Shown here one piece after another: positions 10,992 to 22,553 of a stretch of 54,903 nt of DNA. Made by a program: the position numbers and the translations under genes. Source of the DNA: Chrysochromulina tobinii (Eukaryota); the NCBI GenBank assembly GCA_001275005.1, contig JWZX01003338.1:1-54903 (forward strand), in the 5' to 3' direction. The notes beneath the pieces were generated by a model that had not been told where the DNA came from, made no database searches, and saw nothing but the letters and a program-made list of their open reading frames with translations. The first letter of the stretch is position 1. The number at the start of each line of letters is the position of its first letter.

Positions 10992-12194
10992 CCACCCGCA
11001 GCAGCAGCAGCAGCTATTATTGCCACTCGCAAGGCGCGGGTGCACGGCGGCATGGGTGCAGGGGCAAGGCAAGCACACGGATGGCAGGCACAGGCGCACT
11101 GAGGCGCTCGGTGCATGCGCGGTGGCAGTGGACGCCCCCGCTGCGAGCAGCGAACAGCAGCGCCTGTATGACCGCGGGGGAGGGACGACAACATCGGTGG
11201 CGCGACGACGCCGGCTGCTCTATGTATGCGCAGGCGACGACGCGCGGGGGCTATCATGGGTGCGCGGGGGGCTACAAACGGGCTACGGGGCGTGTTGGCG
11301 TGCGGAAGCCGGAACTCGAATGTTTCCGATGACAAAAGAAGAGCCACGTGCTCATCGTAGTCGTTTGTGCAGCTCGTCACAGACGAGAAGTGGTCGTGGG
11401 GCGTGGGGGGGTCGCGCCCAGGGTCGGTGCGAGATGTGTGATCGCACGGTGTCGGTGAGTCGTATATTAAAAACGCGATCGCGGAACGGGAATTTACGGG
11501 TCCCGCAACGACCGCACAGGCGCGGACAAGGGACATCGACATGTTTTTGTTTGATTTCGTTCTAACGTTCATTTTTCATTTTATGCATCTTCATGCATCG
11601 GCAGACGCTCCGCACGGCATGGACCGGCAAGCCGGCCGTCGACCGTACGGTACCGTACGACCATGATCGCGGTGCGGATGCCCGGAAGCCCGGGATCATA
11701 ACGCGATTCGTATAACGCGCCGGCGATGCGTGACGAAATTACATAGACAGAGCGCTCTGAGACGAGCGGACAGTGGATACACCTTGCTGGACCTTGCGCT
11801 GGCGCCCGCTGCGCGCTGGCGGACCGACCGTCGGTGGACCGCGCGGCCGCGCGACCACCGCACGCGACCATCGCACGATCACGCCGTGACACGCGCTTTG
11901 ACTTTCACAGCAGGACAGCACACGCACAACTTGTTCCCCCCCGCTACCGGCAGGTGTGTACAGACCACCACTGGCTCTGCTCCCTCCTCGCCCGCGAAAG
12001 GCAACGCACACGATGTTCCACCCTGGGCTTGTTGCTGCCTGCCTGCCTCGCAGGAACCAGATCATGTACTAAGCATGGTCAAAGCATTGTACGAGGGTGG
12101 TAAGGTGGGGGGAGGCAACCGCCCACAGAGACGCACGTTGGTTGCGTCGTGCTGCGTTTGACTCGCCGCTTGCCTCTTCGCGCGCGCGCCCTTC

Positions 12195-13129
12195 TCAGCC
12201 GAAAACGAAGGAGCCCGCGTTGCCGCGAGCCTTGAAGCGCTGGCGCTGCGACGACGCGTCCTCAGAGGCCTGCATCGACACCGCGCTGCCCGGCCGTTGT
12301 TCGGGCTCGCTGTAATGCTGGTAGCCGCCGACGGGCGCGCCCCGGCCGCGCGCGGACGGCGGCGCCGACGTGGGCGCCGAGTCCCAGTTGCCACCACCGA
12401 ACACGAGGCTACCTTGGTTGCGCAGGCGCGCAGCACGTGCGCCGGCAATTGCGTCGCCATGGGCCTCGGCGAGGCGTGGGTCGAAGTCACCCCGCGGCGT
12501 CGGTGGCGCGGGCGGTGCGGCCGGTGGCCGCGCGCGCCCTTCATACGCGAACGGGGACGGCGGCGGCACATACATTCCCGCATGGACTACTTCCGGCAGA
12601 TCCGGCATCGTGGCGTACGGAGCTTGATGCGGTGCTGGGGGCAGGCCCTCGCGGGTCGGCGGCCGCGCTGCTTGTGGTTGCGAGGCCCCGAAGTGGACAG
12701 TTTGTTCTTCGGCCTCGGCCAAGGTGGCCGGCGCGCCCCACGCTGCAAGAGTGACCTCGGGAAGCCCGACGGCCTCGCAGAGCGTACATTGAGCATTGAG
12801 GATCCAGCGGATGATCTTTTCGGGCTGCGAAGTCATCGTCAGCGGCATGAGCCGGTCGGCACCAATGGAGTCGCGCAGGTTCATGGCGCCTTCAGTGATG
12901 ACGGTGCAGCAACCACAACATGCCATGGCGTGTGCGATGGAACAGTCAGTTGCAGATGATATGGAGTGTGCGTGTCACCATCAGGTGTCCCACGGCAGAT
13001 GTGTGCGGTCCGAGGGTGACTTCAGTGCGCACGCTGCTTCAGGTTCATCTTCGAGAGCTTCTCCAGCTGCACATAAGTCCAGACTGGCACCTCCTTTGAC
13101 TCGAATTGGATGGACTCGGGGCTAGGCAT
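12195..13129 (-). CDS. Hypothetical protein (263 aa, two exons) with a Pro-rich tail and a repeated GSxVFG motif
   Basis: Exon 1 13129-13033 (MPSPESIQFESKEVPVWTYVQLEKLSKMNLKQ), GTGCGC...AAG intron 13032-12890, exon 2 12889-12195. The spliced length of 792 nt keeps frame. Confidence 0.7.
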
Positions 13130-13689
13130 GTCCAGCCAGGCGGCGGGTGTGACGCGGGATGATGAGGCACGTCGGGCTAATCTCGCGCCCTTTGCGGCTG
13201 CTGTGAAACACAAAATACGGGGGCCGCCGGGGGCCTCTACGCAATGGACGGAGGTGTGACCTTCACCTTGTATTTTCGCACGCCTTTGAGCGCACAGAAG
13301 CCTACTTACAGTACTTTGCACTTTGTGTTGAGCAGCAGAAGGGTCTACATGTACTCAATTTTAAGGCCGCCTCTCCCAGCGTACAGGGTTCCCTGCCGCT
13401 CGCTGCCCGATACTGCTGGGCTGACTGCTGGGCGGGATTGTGATCGGCCGTAATCAGGTGGGGCTGGGGGGCCGTTCAAATGGGGCAGGGGCGGGATTTT
13501 CATATTTCGTGCCCGCGAGAGATCTCTCCTTAAATGTTACACGTAACATCAAGGTAACATTGATATTAGATATAAATGTTAAATCCAAACTGTCAGTTTT
13601 CAACAGGGAACTGTCCAGAGACTCGCGCAATTTGGGTGGGTCGGTGGAGCATTTTTTCGTGTCGAGCGTTGCTCACGTCGGGCCCACCT

Positions 13690-14608
13690 CTATCCTACTG
13701 CTGCCTTACTGCTGCCCTTCTTTCCGGTGTCCGCCCTCTCTTTTTCCTCGTGCCAACGTGCCACGAATTCCTTCTGCACCGTGGACTGCTCGCCCGCCTC
13801 CAGATATTGCCCAAGTTGCGTCAAACGCACACTCCCATCTGCAGCAACGAGCATTCGGCTTTGGTAGCCACTAATCGTCAGGGGCAATGTGCTCCTCGTA
13901 GAAGCTCAGGTCGTCGCAACCAAATGTGAAGCATAAGAACGCATGCGGCGCACCCGCACCACCACGTGCGAATCCCGGCTGTGTCGAATGCTCAAAGTGA
14001 GATCCGAACAAAATCGCCTCGCCTGTCGCGTAACGGTATTGACAATCCTCGCCAGCTCGGTTGCGGTACAGCAGCTGAAAATCGTCAGTCCCGTAGTCTT
14101 CGAGCGGGGTGAGCAGTGTCCAAGCATTTGTGCCGACTCCCGCACCCCAGTCCGTGTGCCAGTTAGGCTCAGCACAGCGCGAGCGCACGACATAGAAGCT
14201 TGAGTAGAGTCGGATTCGCTCGTGCGTGGCCACGAGTGGCGCCACTGCCTCAGCAACGCCAGTCTCCTCAAAGATGCTGCGAAAAGTGTGCTATGTGTCC
14301 ATATTGTCTACTGAGATCCAGGAGAGGTCCGACGTGCCCATCTTTGACACATCCGTACTGCTCCCGGCCCGCATCACGAAAAAGTTGCCATGTGTCTCGT
14401 GCGCGAGATTAGTGCACGGCACAGGCTGGCGGTCGAGCTCTGCTATCAGCCCACTCTCTAGATGAGGCCGGATGGCGGTGTCGTAGTGCTCCCTCGCGCG
14501 TTGTAATGCACCAGCCGGGATCTTGACAGTGATTACGTTGGGCGCGTCTAGGGACCCTAGCAATACTGCCGGCGCTAATGTCATGAGAGCCGCAAGGGCG
14601 AAAGCCAT
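13690..14608 (-). pseudogene. Disrupted 2OG-Fe(II) oxygenase-like gene with a signal peptide (pseudogene or consensus errors)
   Basis: ATG at 14608 opens a hydrophobic leader. An in-frame TAG at 14293-14291 separates two same-frame ORFs. The HxD (WHTDW) and distal His (FEHST) are present. A probable +1 shift at G4 13881-13884 leads into TISGYQSRMLVAADG. Confidence 0.6.
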
Positions 14609-14963
14609 CCTTTCGTTTATCGGGACTCTTGACCAAGTGCGACTATGCCAAAAAGTCGGCCCTCGAGTTGATGAATCCGGCAGACCGCCGAGATGACGTG
14701 CGAGATCGATGGAACACGGAGTTCGCTCTAAAAAGAAACGGAGCGTCCACTTTACACGCGCGTTTATATTCAAGTATCTCGCAATACGACCACAAAACCA
14801 CGCAGCCAATCGGATCCGGAGGCTGAGCCGCTGAGGCCATCAGACGATACAGGTATCAAGTTCAGCCAAGGCTCATCATCCGCACACAATCTCTCGCCCG
14901 CCCTACCCAGCCACATGCTGATCACTGGCTCGCCATCACTCGGTCTCAGGCATGCACCGCCAC

Positions 14964-16332
<1,369 letters not shown>

Positions 16333-16596
16333 CTAATGAGGTTTCACAATGGCTGGAAAACGACGTTTCGGTAAGTTTCGAATTTTGGTTTGACCATCTC
16401 GGTTTGACCGAGGTTTATGACGGCACAGCACTTGCATTCCACTGAATACGCGCACATAGCAGAACCGCGCACGAGATCACGTGTCGCAAAAAAACAGGAT
16501 CGTAAGGTGCGCAGCACGATGCCGGCCGTAGGCAACGAGCGGCACTGGAGGTTACAGCAGCAGCAGCAGCGGTTGGCAGTCCGGCGGCCAATCAGC

Positions 16597-17545
16597 TCAC
16601 TCGAGCTTGCCCTCCATGGCCTTGACGGCCTGCACCAGCTTCTGACCCGAGGCCTGCTTGGTGACCTTTGCCAGGCGCTGGGCGCCGGCGTTGTTGAGCG
16701 AGCGCGCGAGCTTCGTGGGCAGCTGCTTGATGAGCATGGCCGTCTGGCCCATCAGCTCCTGCTTCGTCGGAAGCTTGGTAATCTGGATGACGCCTTTCTT
16801 GTCGAGCTTCTGACCGTCGAAGACGCCGCCGACGATGTCGTATTCCTCCTGCGAGGCAGACGAGGCGAGGAGAGGAGCGTGTGCGTCAGCCGCCAGCTAT
16901 GGGCACGACGGCGACGCGCGTGCGCAGCGATTAAGCGGGGCGCAATGCCTTGGCCGCAGCCCTCACAACGCAGAGGGAGCATATCGTCACCGATTCACAC
17001 AGCGGCCAGCCTGCCGCAGTCGCCTGCCAGTCACCCGGCAGCCGCCTCCACCCAAGCGCCTGCCTTGGGGGCCGCCTGAACGCTTCGTCGGGGCTGGCGA
17101 TGGCACGCACCTTCTTTGATACCTTGACGTAGTCCAACCAAAGGTCCACCGTCGGTCGCATCTGGTCCGCAGGCACGAAGAAGAAGAAGTTGGAGTACAC
17201 AAGCAGCTCGTCGCCGCCCTGGAACTTGGGGTAGTCCTGAGCGGCACGCTTGACGAGCGTATTCTTGACGCAGCGCATGGTGACCGACGGCGGCAGCTTC
17301 TGGCGCATGGCGTTGAGATCGTTCGCAGGGATGCCCTCCGAGCGCACGCAGAACATGAGGTCTGTGTCCGCCATCGCGGCCTTGACCTCGTCGACCACCT
17401 TTGACTTCTTGGCAATGATGGCAGGCGCGGCCATGACGGCCGGCGTGGTGCGGCTGGCGGCTGCAGGCGACGGCGCACGCACCGCGGGCGCAAAGCCCGC
17501 CAGGCTCTCGCACAGGGCGAGGAAGCAGACGACGCGAGCGACCAT
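16597..17545 (-). CDS. rpl10: Nucleus-encoded plastid 50S ribosomal protein L10 (uL10), two exons
   Basis: Motifs KKSKVVDEVK, LNAMRQKL, VKNTLVKRA, GGVFDGQKLD and KLPTKQELMGQ. Exons 17545-17111 and 16848-16597, intron GTGCGT...CAG. Leader ...SLAGFAPAVRAP resembles a signal peptide followed by a Phe-start transit peptide. Confidence 0.9.
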
Positions 17546-17831
17546 GGGCAGTCCAGGCGACCAGGCGAGGAAAAAGTGTCCTCCTACTCAGGAGATGAAC
17601 ATCTCCACGCGTCGTAGCGGGCGCTCCGTCCGAGTTCATATAATTGTAGTGTGCGTCTCCTCGGGACCGGTGGTCGTGCGTCTTGCCAAGATGAAATCGT
17701 GAACGTGTTGAAGACTCCCTCGAAACCGCCCGACCGTCGGGAATGGCCGCTTCCGACGCAGAGCTTTTCGCTCGGCCGATCGCAGTGCAGAACGCGGGCC
17801 ACCCACGAGCCTCCTCAGCCTTCGCCCGCTC

Positions 17832-19427
17832 ATGCGCGTGCGGCTCCGCCAGTCTCACAGCCAAGCATCCTCGCACTGTGCCACCTTCACCTCCTCGCAC
17901 AGGCGCGTCGCCGTGATCCTACACGGCCGTATTGGCATCTGGAAAACGAAAGCGACGGACATCGACCTCCCGCGCGTCGTGTGGCTCGCCAATGCGCCTG
18001 AGTTTTGGAAGCGGGCGCCAGCCGACATGACTGGAATCGACGTGACGCCGCACTCGACGCTCGCCGGCTTCGCCGCCTTTGGCCGCGCGAGCCTGTGGCA
18101 TTACGTTGTCGAGCCCAACCGGAAAGCCGGCCTGACTCTCGATCTGTTCCTGCACTCGTGGCACGCGGAGATTGGCGGTCAGCTCGATGCTATGTACCAG
18201 CCCGTCGCCTCAAAACACGAGAGAGTACGCAAGCGCCTCGACCCAGTGCGCAGCCAGCACCTGTCGATGAAGACGGGCCTCGATCTGATGACGGCACACG
18301 AGCTCCGGCCGGGCGGAGCGCCGTACGACCTGACGCTCGTGGCGCGGTACGACATCCTGTACTTTACGCCGCTGCTGCTGCGACCGCTCGGCGCCGCGCC
18401 GCTCTGGCTCGCGCACTGGTGCCACCGCTATGATCTCTCGGCGCAAGCGGGCATGCTCGTGCGCTCCGCCTGCGGCAATTGGCCTGGCCACGGCGAGGGG
18501 TATCTTGTCGTGCCGGCGAGGAGCGTCGGCGTGCTGCCAAGTCTGAAACGGTCGCGCCAGCTCACGCGCGACGCCGACTATGACTTTGCCTACCTCGACT
18601 GGTGGTTCGTGGCCACTCCAGCACTCGCGCGCACCTTTGGCGACATCTATGACAAGTATTACGAGTATGCGGCGGCGCTCAAACGCATTGCGGACTTCCC
18701 GTTGTGGTCGCACTTTTTCTGGGGATACCATATCAACAGGCGGCTGCGTCTACGCCGAACCGTCCGCCACATCTTCTACGAAGGAGTCGACTTCAGGCTT
18801 GCGCGCCACTGGCATCTCGGCACGCACTGCATGAGCTATCTTGGCGCGCACCCGACGGAGCCGGTGGCTGCCGCCGCGCAGACGGAGGCCGAGGCGGCCG
18901 AGGCGGCGGCTATCTTGGCCGTTACCACCAGCGGCCCGACCGCCGCCGCGACCATTGCCACTGCCGCCGCCGCGACCAATACCGCTGCCGCCGCCGCCGC
19001 CGCCGCCTTGCGCGCCGTCCCGGGCGGTGCGCTCGCGGCGGTCGCCAACGCGGGCGTCGACCTCAGCGTGTTCTATCGACGGCGCCCCAAAACTACGCGA
19101 GCGCACTACGACAGCGCTGGCGCCGGCGCCGCCCTTGTGGGGAGTACAAGCGGCGGCGGCGGCGGCGGCGGGAATGAGACTCGGCAAGTCGCACAGCTCG
19201 CCAGGCAATGTCCTCTCGACCCGCGCGTGCGCCTCTACTGCCCTTGGCACTCGGCCGTATGCCCCGCGAGCATGCGCGCGGCCGTGTTCGACGCGGAGGC
19301 CGCTGCGCAGGCAGCGCTCAATGCAACCTCCAAGTTGCCGCGGAGGAGCCTGTGGGACTATTACGGGGAGGCCAAGGATGCGCGCGCCGCGGACCAGCCG
19401 CCGCCGCACACGTCGGGACGAGCCTGA
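17832..19427 (+). CDS. Hypothetical protein, possibly with a glycosyltransferase-like fold, and an Ala-rich insert
   Basis: 531-codon ORF. RVAVILHGR, DLFLHSW, YDLTLVARYDI and YLDWWFVA resemble uncharacterised GT-like families. Start codon uncertain. Confidence 0.6.
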   Translation: MRVRLRQSHSQASSHCATFTSSHRRVAVILHGRIGIWKTKATDIDLPRVVWLANAPEFWKRAPADMTGIDVTPHSTLAGFAAFGRASLWHYVVEPNRKAGLTLDLFLHSWHAEIGGQLDAMYQPVASKHERVRKRLDPVRSQHLSMKTGLDLMTAHELRPGGAPYDLTLVARYDILYFTPLLLRPLGAAPLWLAHWCHRYDLSAQAGMLVRSACGNWPGHGEGYLVVPARSVGVLPSLKRSRQLTRDADYDFAYLDWWFVATPALARTFGDIYDKYYEYAAALKRIADFPLWSHFFWGYHINRRLRLRRTVRHIFYEGVDFRLARHWHLGTHCMSYLGAHPTEPVAAAAQTEAEAAEAAAILAVTTSGPTAAATIATAAAATNTAAAAAAAALRAVPGGALAAVANAGVDLSVFYRRRPKTTRAHYDSAGAGAALVGSTSGGGGGGGNETRQVAQLARQCPLDPRVRLYCPWHSAVCPASMRAAVFDAEAAAQAALNATSKLPRRSLWDYYGEAKDARAADQPPPHTSGRA

Positions 19428-19809
19428 AACTACTTGTGTGCTAGCGCGTGGTGTCCGAATGAGATCGGACCAAAAAGATGTTTAACCGCCCCCCCCCCGG
19501 TAACACAGGGTCGCACACACGAGCGAGACGGCGACACATCGACCCGAGCACCGACGCATGCCGGACGGGACGATCTCGTCTGGAGCTCTGGAGTCTGGAC
19601 ACTGGAGATTAACGTTAAAGGAGGACCGAGGACGGTCAGGCTACAGTGTGTGATATACAGCGACACCCCCAATCTCCCCAATAGCCCTCAAGCCTCCAAA
19701 GGCACCCCGAGTCCTCCTACTCTGAGGTCTTACATGTATTGGAGGTCCCGTGAATTGTCCCGTGAATTGTCCCGTGACCCGCGCGTGTGACCCACTTTTG
19801 CCGTCCACA

Positions 19810-20586
19810 ATGGCCTACACTTCCACGATGGCCAACCCTCCCTCAGAGAAGCTGCGTATCCTCTTGCTCTGCATCGCAGCGCCGATGATCATCTGCACCC
19901 AGGAGAGTGGCGTCTGCACGGATACGCGCTGTGGCGGCGCGGCCAAGGGTTGCTGCGAGGGCTCTCCTGCGCTGCAAAGGAAGGACATGTGCCAGGGATC
20001 TGTCGATTGCGACGCCTGCTGTGGCTGGGTCTCCGTCACGATTCCAGAGGCTGCCGCGAACTGGGTCGAGGCGCTCAAGCTGCAGAAACAACCATATGGA
20101 AACTTTATGACCGAGACGTACACCTCGGATCTGCAGGCCCGTCTTCCCTCGAGGTTTAAGGGTGGCACACGCGCACTGTCAGCCGACATCTACAATCTGT
20201 TTGCACTGAACAGGACGGATACGACGTCTTCGCAGGGCGGCTTTCCGTTGCACATGCTTGAAGGCGATGAGACCTATCACTACTACGCTGGCGATGGCCC
20301 ACTCACGCTCTTCATCTTCGACTTCGGATCAGGCACAGTCAGCAACGTGTCACTCGGGGCAGCCAAACCCATGCAAGACCAGCCGCAGTATACCATCCGT
20401 GGACAGACTTGGAGTGGCGCCTTGCTTGCAAAGGGCAGCACGTGGGCGTTGACCGGGGCGAGCACGACGCCGGGCTTCGATCCGAGGGACTCGCACATGG
20501 CAGCAGGCAACGCGACGCTTATGCTCGAGTTCCATGACCGTTTCCCACAGTACGCTGATCTCATCAGTCGCCTCACGGCGTTTTGA
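19810..20586 (+). CDS. Cupin_5 (DUF985) family protein with a hydrophobic leader and a Cys-rich N-terminal module
   Basis: WVEALKLQKQPYGNFMTETY, IYNL, LHMLEGDETYHYYAGDGPL, PQYTIRGQTW and TPGFDPRD match the DUF985 pattern. Start is at 19810 or 19828. Confidence 0.8.
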   Translation: MAYTSTMANPPSEKLRILLLCIAAPMIICTQESGVCTDTRCGGAAKGCCEGSPALQRKDMCQGSVDCDACCGWVSVTIPEAAANWVEALKLQKQPYGNFMTETYTSDLQARLPSRFKGGTRALSADIYNLFALNRTDTTSSQGGFPLHMLEGDETYHYYAGDGPLTLFIFDFGSGTVSNVSLGAAKPMQDQPQYTIRGQTWSGALLAKGSTWALTGASTTPGFDPRDSHMAAGNATLMLEFHDRFPQYADLISRLTAF

Positions 20587-21035
20587 GCCCTTCAGGGCCG
20601 GCATTGTGCAGCGGTCACCACATGATGTTCGTGACGTGTGCCGGCTACATGGATGTCGGACTGTGAAGACGTGCGAGGTCTCAAATAGTCTCCCAGCACT
20701 GGAGATTGGAGGTACGATCCCCGCCCGGCCCCGGTCCTTGCCGTAGTAAAATGTACCGGTATTTGCGTCAATTGTGTGGCAAGTACATGTGGACGATTCT
20801 CTGGTACTTGTACATGTCGACATAACTTCACTTCTCGCTATGATGGCCCGAGATGCGCCACATGGACGGATTAATCGTCTATGGCTATGTGGCATGTTGT
20901 GGCCGCCCCGTGGCTTATTAGCTACACGGATGGCTTTGGCTACAGCTGTCAGCTCGGCACTCTAGATGCTATTCCCACCACACATCGCCAACATATCCAC
21001 CGCCATCCAAACCGCCGACGCCCAGACCATCCTCA

Positions 21036-21157
21036 ACGCCGCCAGCGCGCGCATGCTCCGTGTCTCGTTTGGGGTCCTGTAAGGTGTGTGTATTCTGAGC
21101 GGGCAGTAACAGTGTCGTAGCTTCGGTTGTCGCGTCTGTCGTGTTAACGTTCACATC
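21036..21157 (+). repeat. Dispersed ~120-nt repeat, copy 1 (copy 2 at 33245-33522)
   Basis: Shares acgccgccagcgcgcgc...ggggtc.tgtaaggtgtgtgtatt.tgagcgggcagt...ggttgtcgcgtctgtc with 33245-33355, and gtcgcgtctgtcgtgttaacgtt with 33494-33516. Confidence 0.85.
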
Positions 21158-21194
21158 GGGGAAAAGTACCGGTATGAACGGACGCCGTTTGAAA

Positions 21195-22031
21195 ATGTGT
21201 CCGCGGGTCACTGCTGTCATCATACTCCTCGCGTCGGCGGCCAGTAGCGAGGAGCACCCGCTATGCGACGAGCGTTTCCTCTTCCGGCAGCTCTTGGCTG
21301 GTGTTGATGTTGCCCAGCCACAGAGAGCACGTGGGGCAACTCAGATCAAGGTCTTCAACATGGCAAAGAGCATGCAGAATTACATGTACCTCGTGGGCGA
21401 CCGGCATTCTGGCCAATGCATCGCTGTCGACGCGGTGTATGACCCAGAGGGCGTGTTGGCGGCCGCTGAAAAATTGGGTTGCAACATCACGGCTGCAGTC
21501 GGTACGCACTTCCACTACGACCACATTGGGGGCGAGGTGCCCGGAGGTCCCGGTCTGGTGCTGCCAGGCTTGCGTCATTTTGTGGATGAGCTCTCAGTCC
21601 CCAGCTATGTGCACCAGATAGAGCTCGCCACTGCCGCTATGCAAATAGGTGTCGCGCCACAAGCGCTCTCTCCGCTGCGGGACGGCGACGTGCTGCGAGC
21701 CGGTGATTGGGTAGAGCTCAAGGTCATTCTGACGCCGGGGCATAGCCCCGGTGGAATGACGCTCGTCGCGGCCGTCGGCGGCGAGGACCGTCTAGTTCTC
21801 ACGGGTGACACCATCTTTCCGGGCTCGTGCGGCCGCCTCGATTTGCCTGGCTCGAGTGTGGATGCGATGTTTTCGAGCCTGAGCTTGCTGCGAGCCATGC
21901 TCGACGACGCATTGCCGCTCTTCCCTGGGCACGCCTACAATGGCGCCTCCTCGACGGTTGCACGCGAGAAGACGTCGGGCCTACCGAGGCAGATGAGCAT
22001 GATGGAGTGGCAGCAAATGATGGCCCGGTAG
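21195..22031 (+). CDS. Metallo-beta-lactamase-fold hydrolase, glyoxalase II-like, with a signal peptide
   Basis: Motifs THFHYDH (HxHxDH), LTPGHSPG, LTGDTIFPGSCGRLD and LFPGHAY; leader MCPRVTAVIILLASAASS. Confidence 0.88.
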   Translation: MCPRVTAVIILLASAASSEEHPLCDERFLFRQLLAGVDVAQPQRARGATQIKVFNMAKSMQNYMYLVGDRHSGQCIAVDAVYDPEGVLAAAEKLGCNITAAVGTHFHYDHIGGEVPGGPGLVLPGLRHFVDELSVPSYVHQIELATAAMQIGVAPQALSPLRDGDVLRAGDWVELKVILTPGHSPGGMTLVAAVGGEDRLVLTGDTIFPGSCGRLDLPGSSVDAMFSSLSLLRAMLDDALPLFPGHAYNGASSTVAREKTSGLPRQMSMMEWQQMMAR

Positions 22032-22426
22032 ACGCGCGCCACGCGACAGGCTCAGCCCTCACACAGGCTCCGCTCACTGCCGGCTCAGGCACTGCGCTCA
22101 GCGGGGTATCTCGCGAACTCCGCGGCTCGGCTGACACACTTTAGAGCGCGTGTCCCAGCCGCTTAAATAGACAAACGCTAACGCCTAAACCAATCACAAC
22201 CATACGCGCACAACGAGAGGAATGCGATATATGCGTCCCTCGTCCGCGGCGCGTGCCCGGTGCCGACCGATCCGCAGGCATCGCGCACGCGCTCGGCTCT
22301 TGGAGCGGTTCACTTATTACATGTACAGTACTGACTTCTTATCGCGTCGCAGTGACTGTCGAGAGCGCGCGCGCTGCCGCTGGGAGGAGCAGTAGGGGGG
22401 GCGAACGCGTGGTGGCCACCCCCGCA

Positions 22427-22483
22427 CCCTAGGGTCGATGTTCTCGGCATCGATGTTCTCGGCCCTAGGGTCGATGTTCTCGG
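22427..22483. repeat. Short imperfect tandem repeat (TCGATGTTCTCGGC core x3) downstream of the SR-like gene
   Basis: cctagggtcgatgttctcggc atcgatgttctcggc cctagggtcgatgttctcggc. Confidence 0.8.
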
Positions 22484-22553
22484 CAACGGCCGGCCGCGTC
22501 GAAGCGACACGTGGCCTGCCCCGCATCGACCGCGGAGGGTTGCGCCCTACGTA

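Noticed and set aside
11000..12190. Several 80-300-aa ORFs between the kinesin and the next gene
   Set aside because: Low-information translations of UTR and intergenic DNA containing CAG microsatellites.
14291..14293. In-frame stop as selenocysteine or pyrrolysine recoding
   Set aside because: The codon is TAG rather than TGA, it is not at a redox motif, and the gene has a second lesion.
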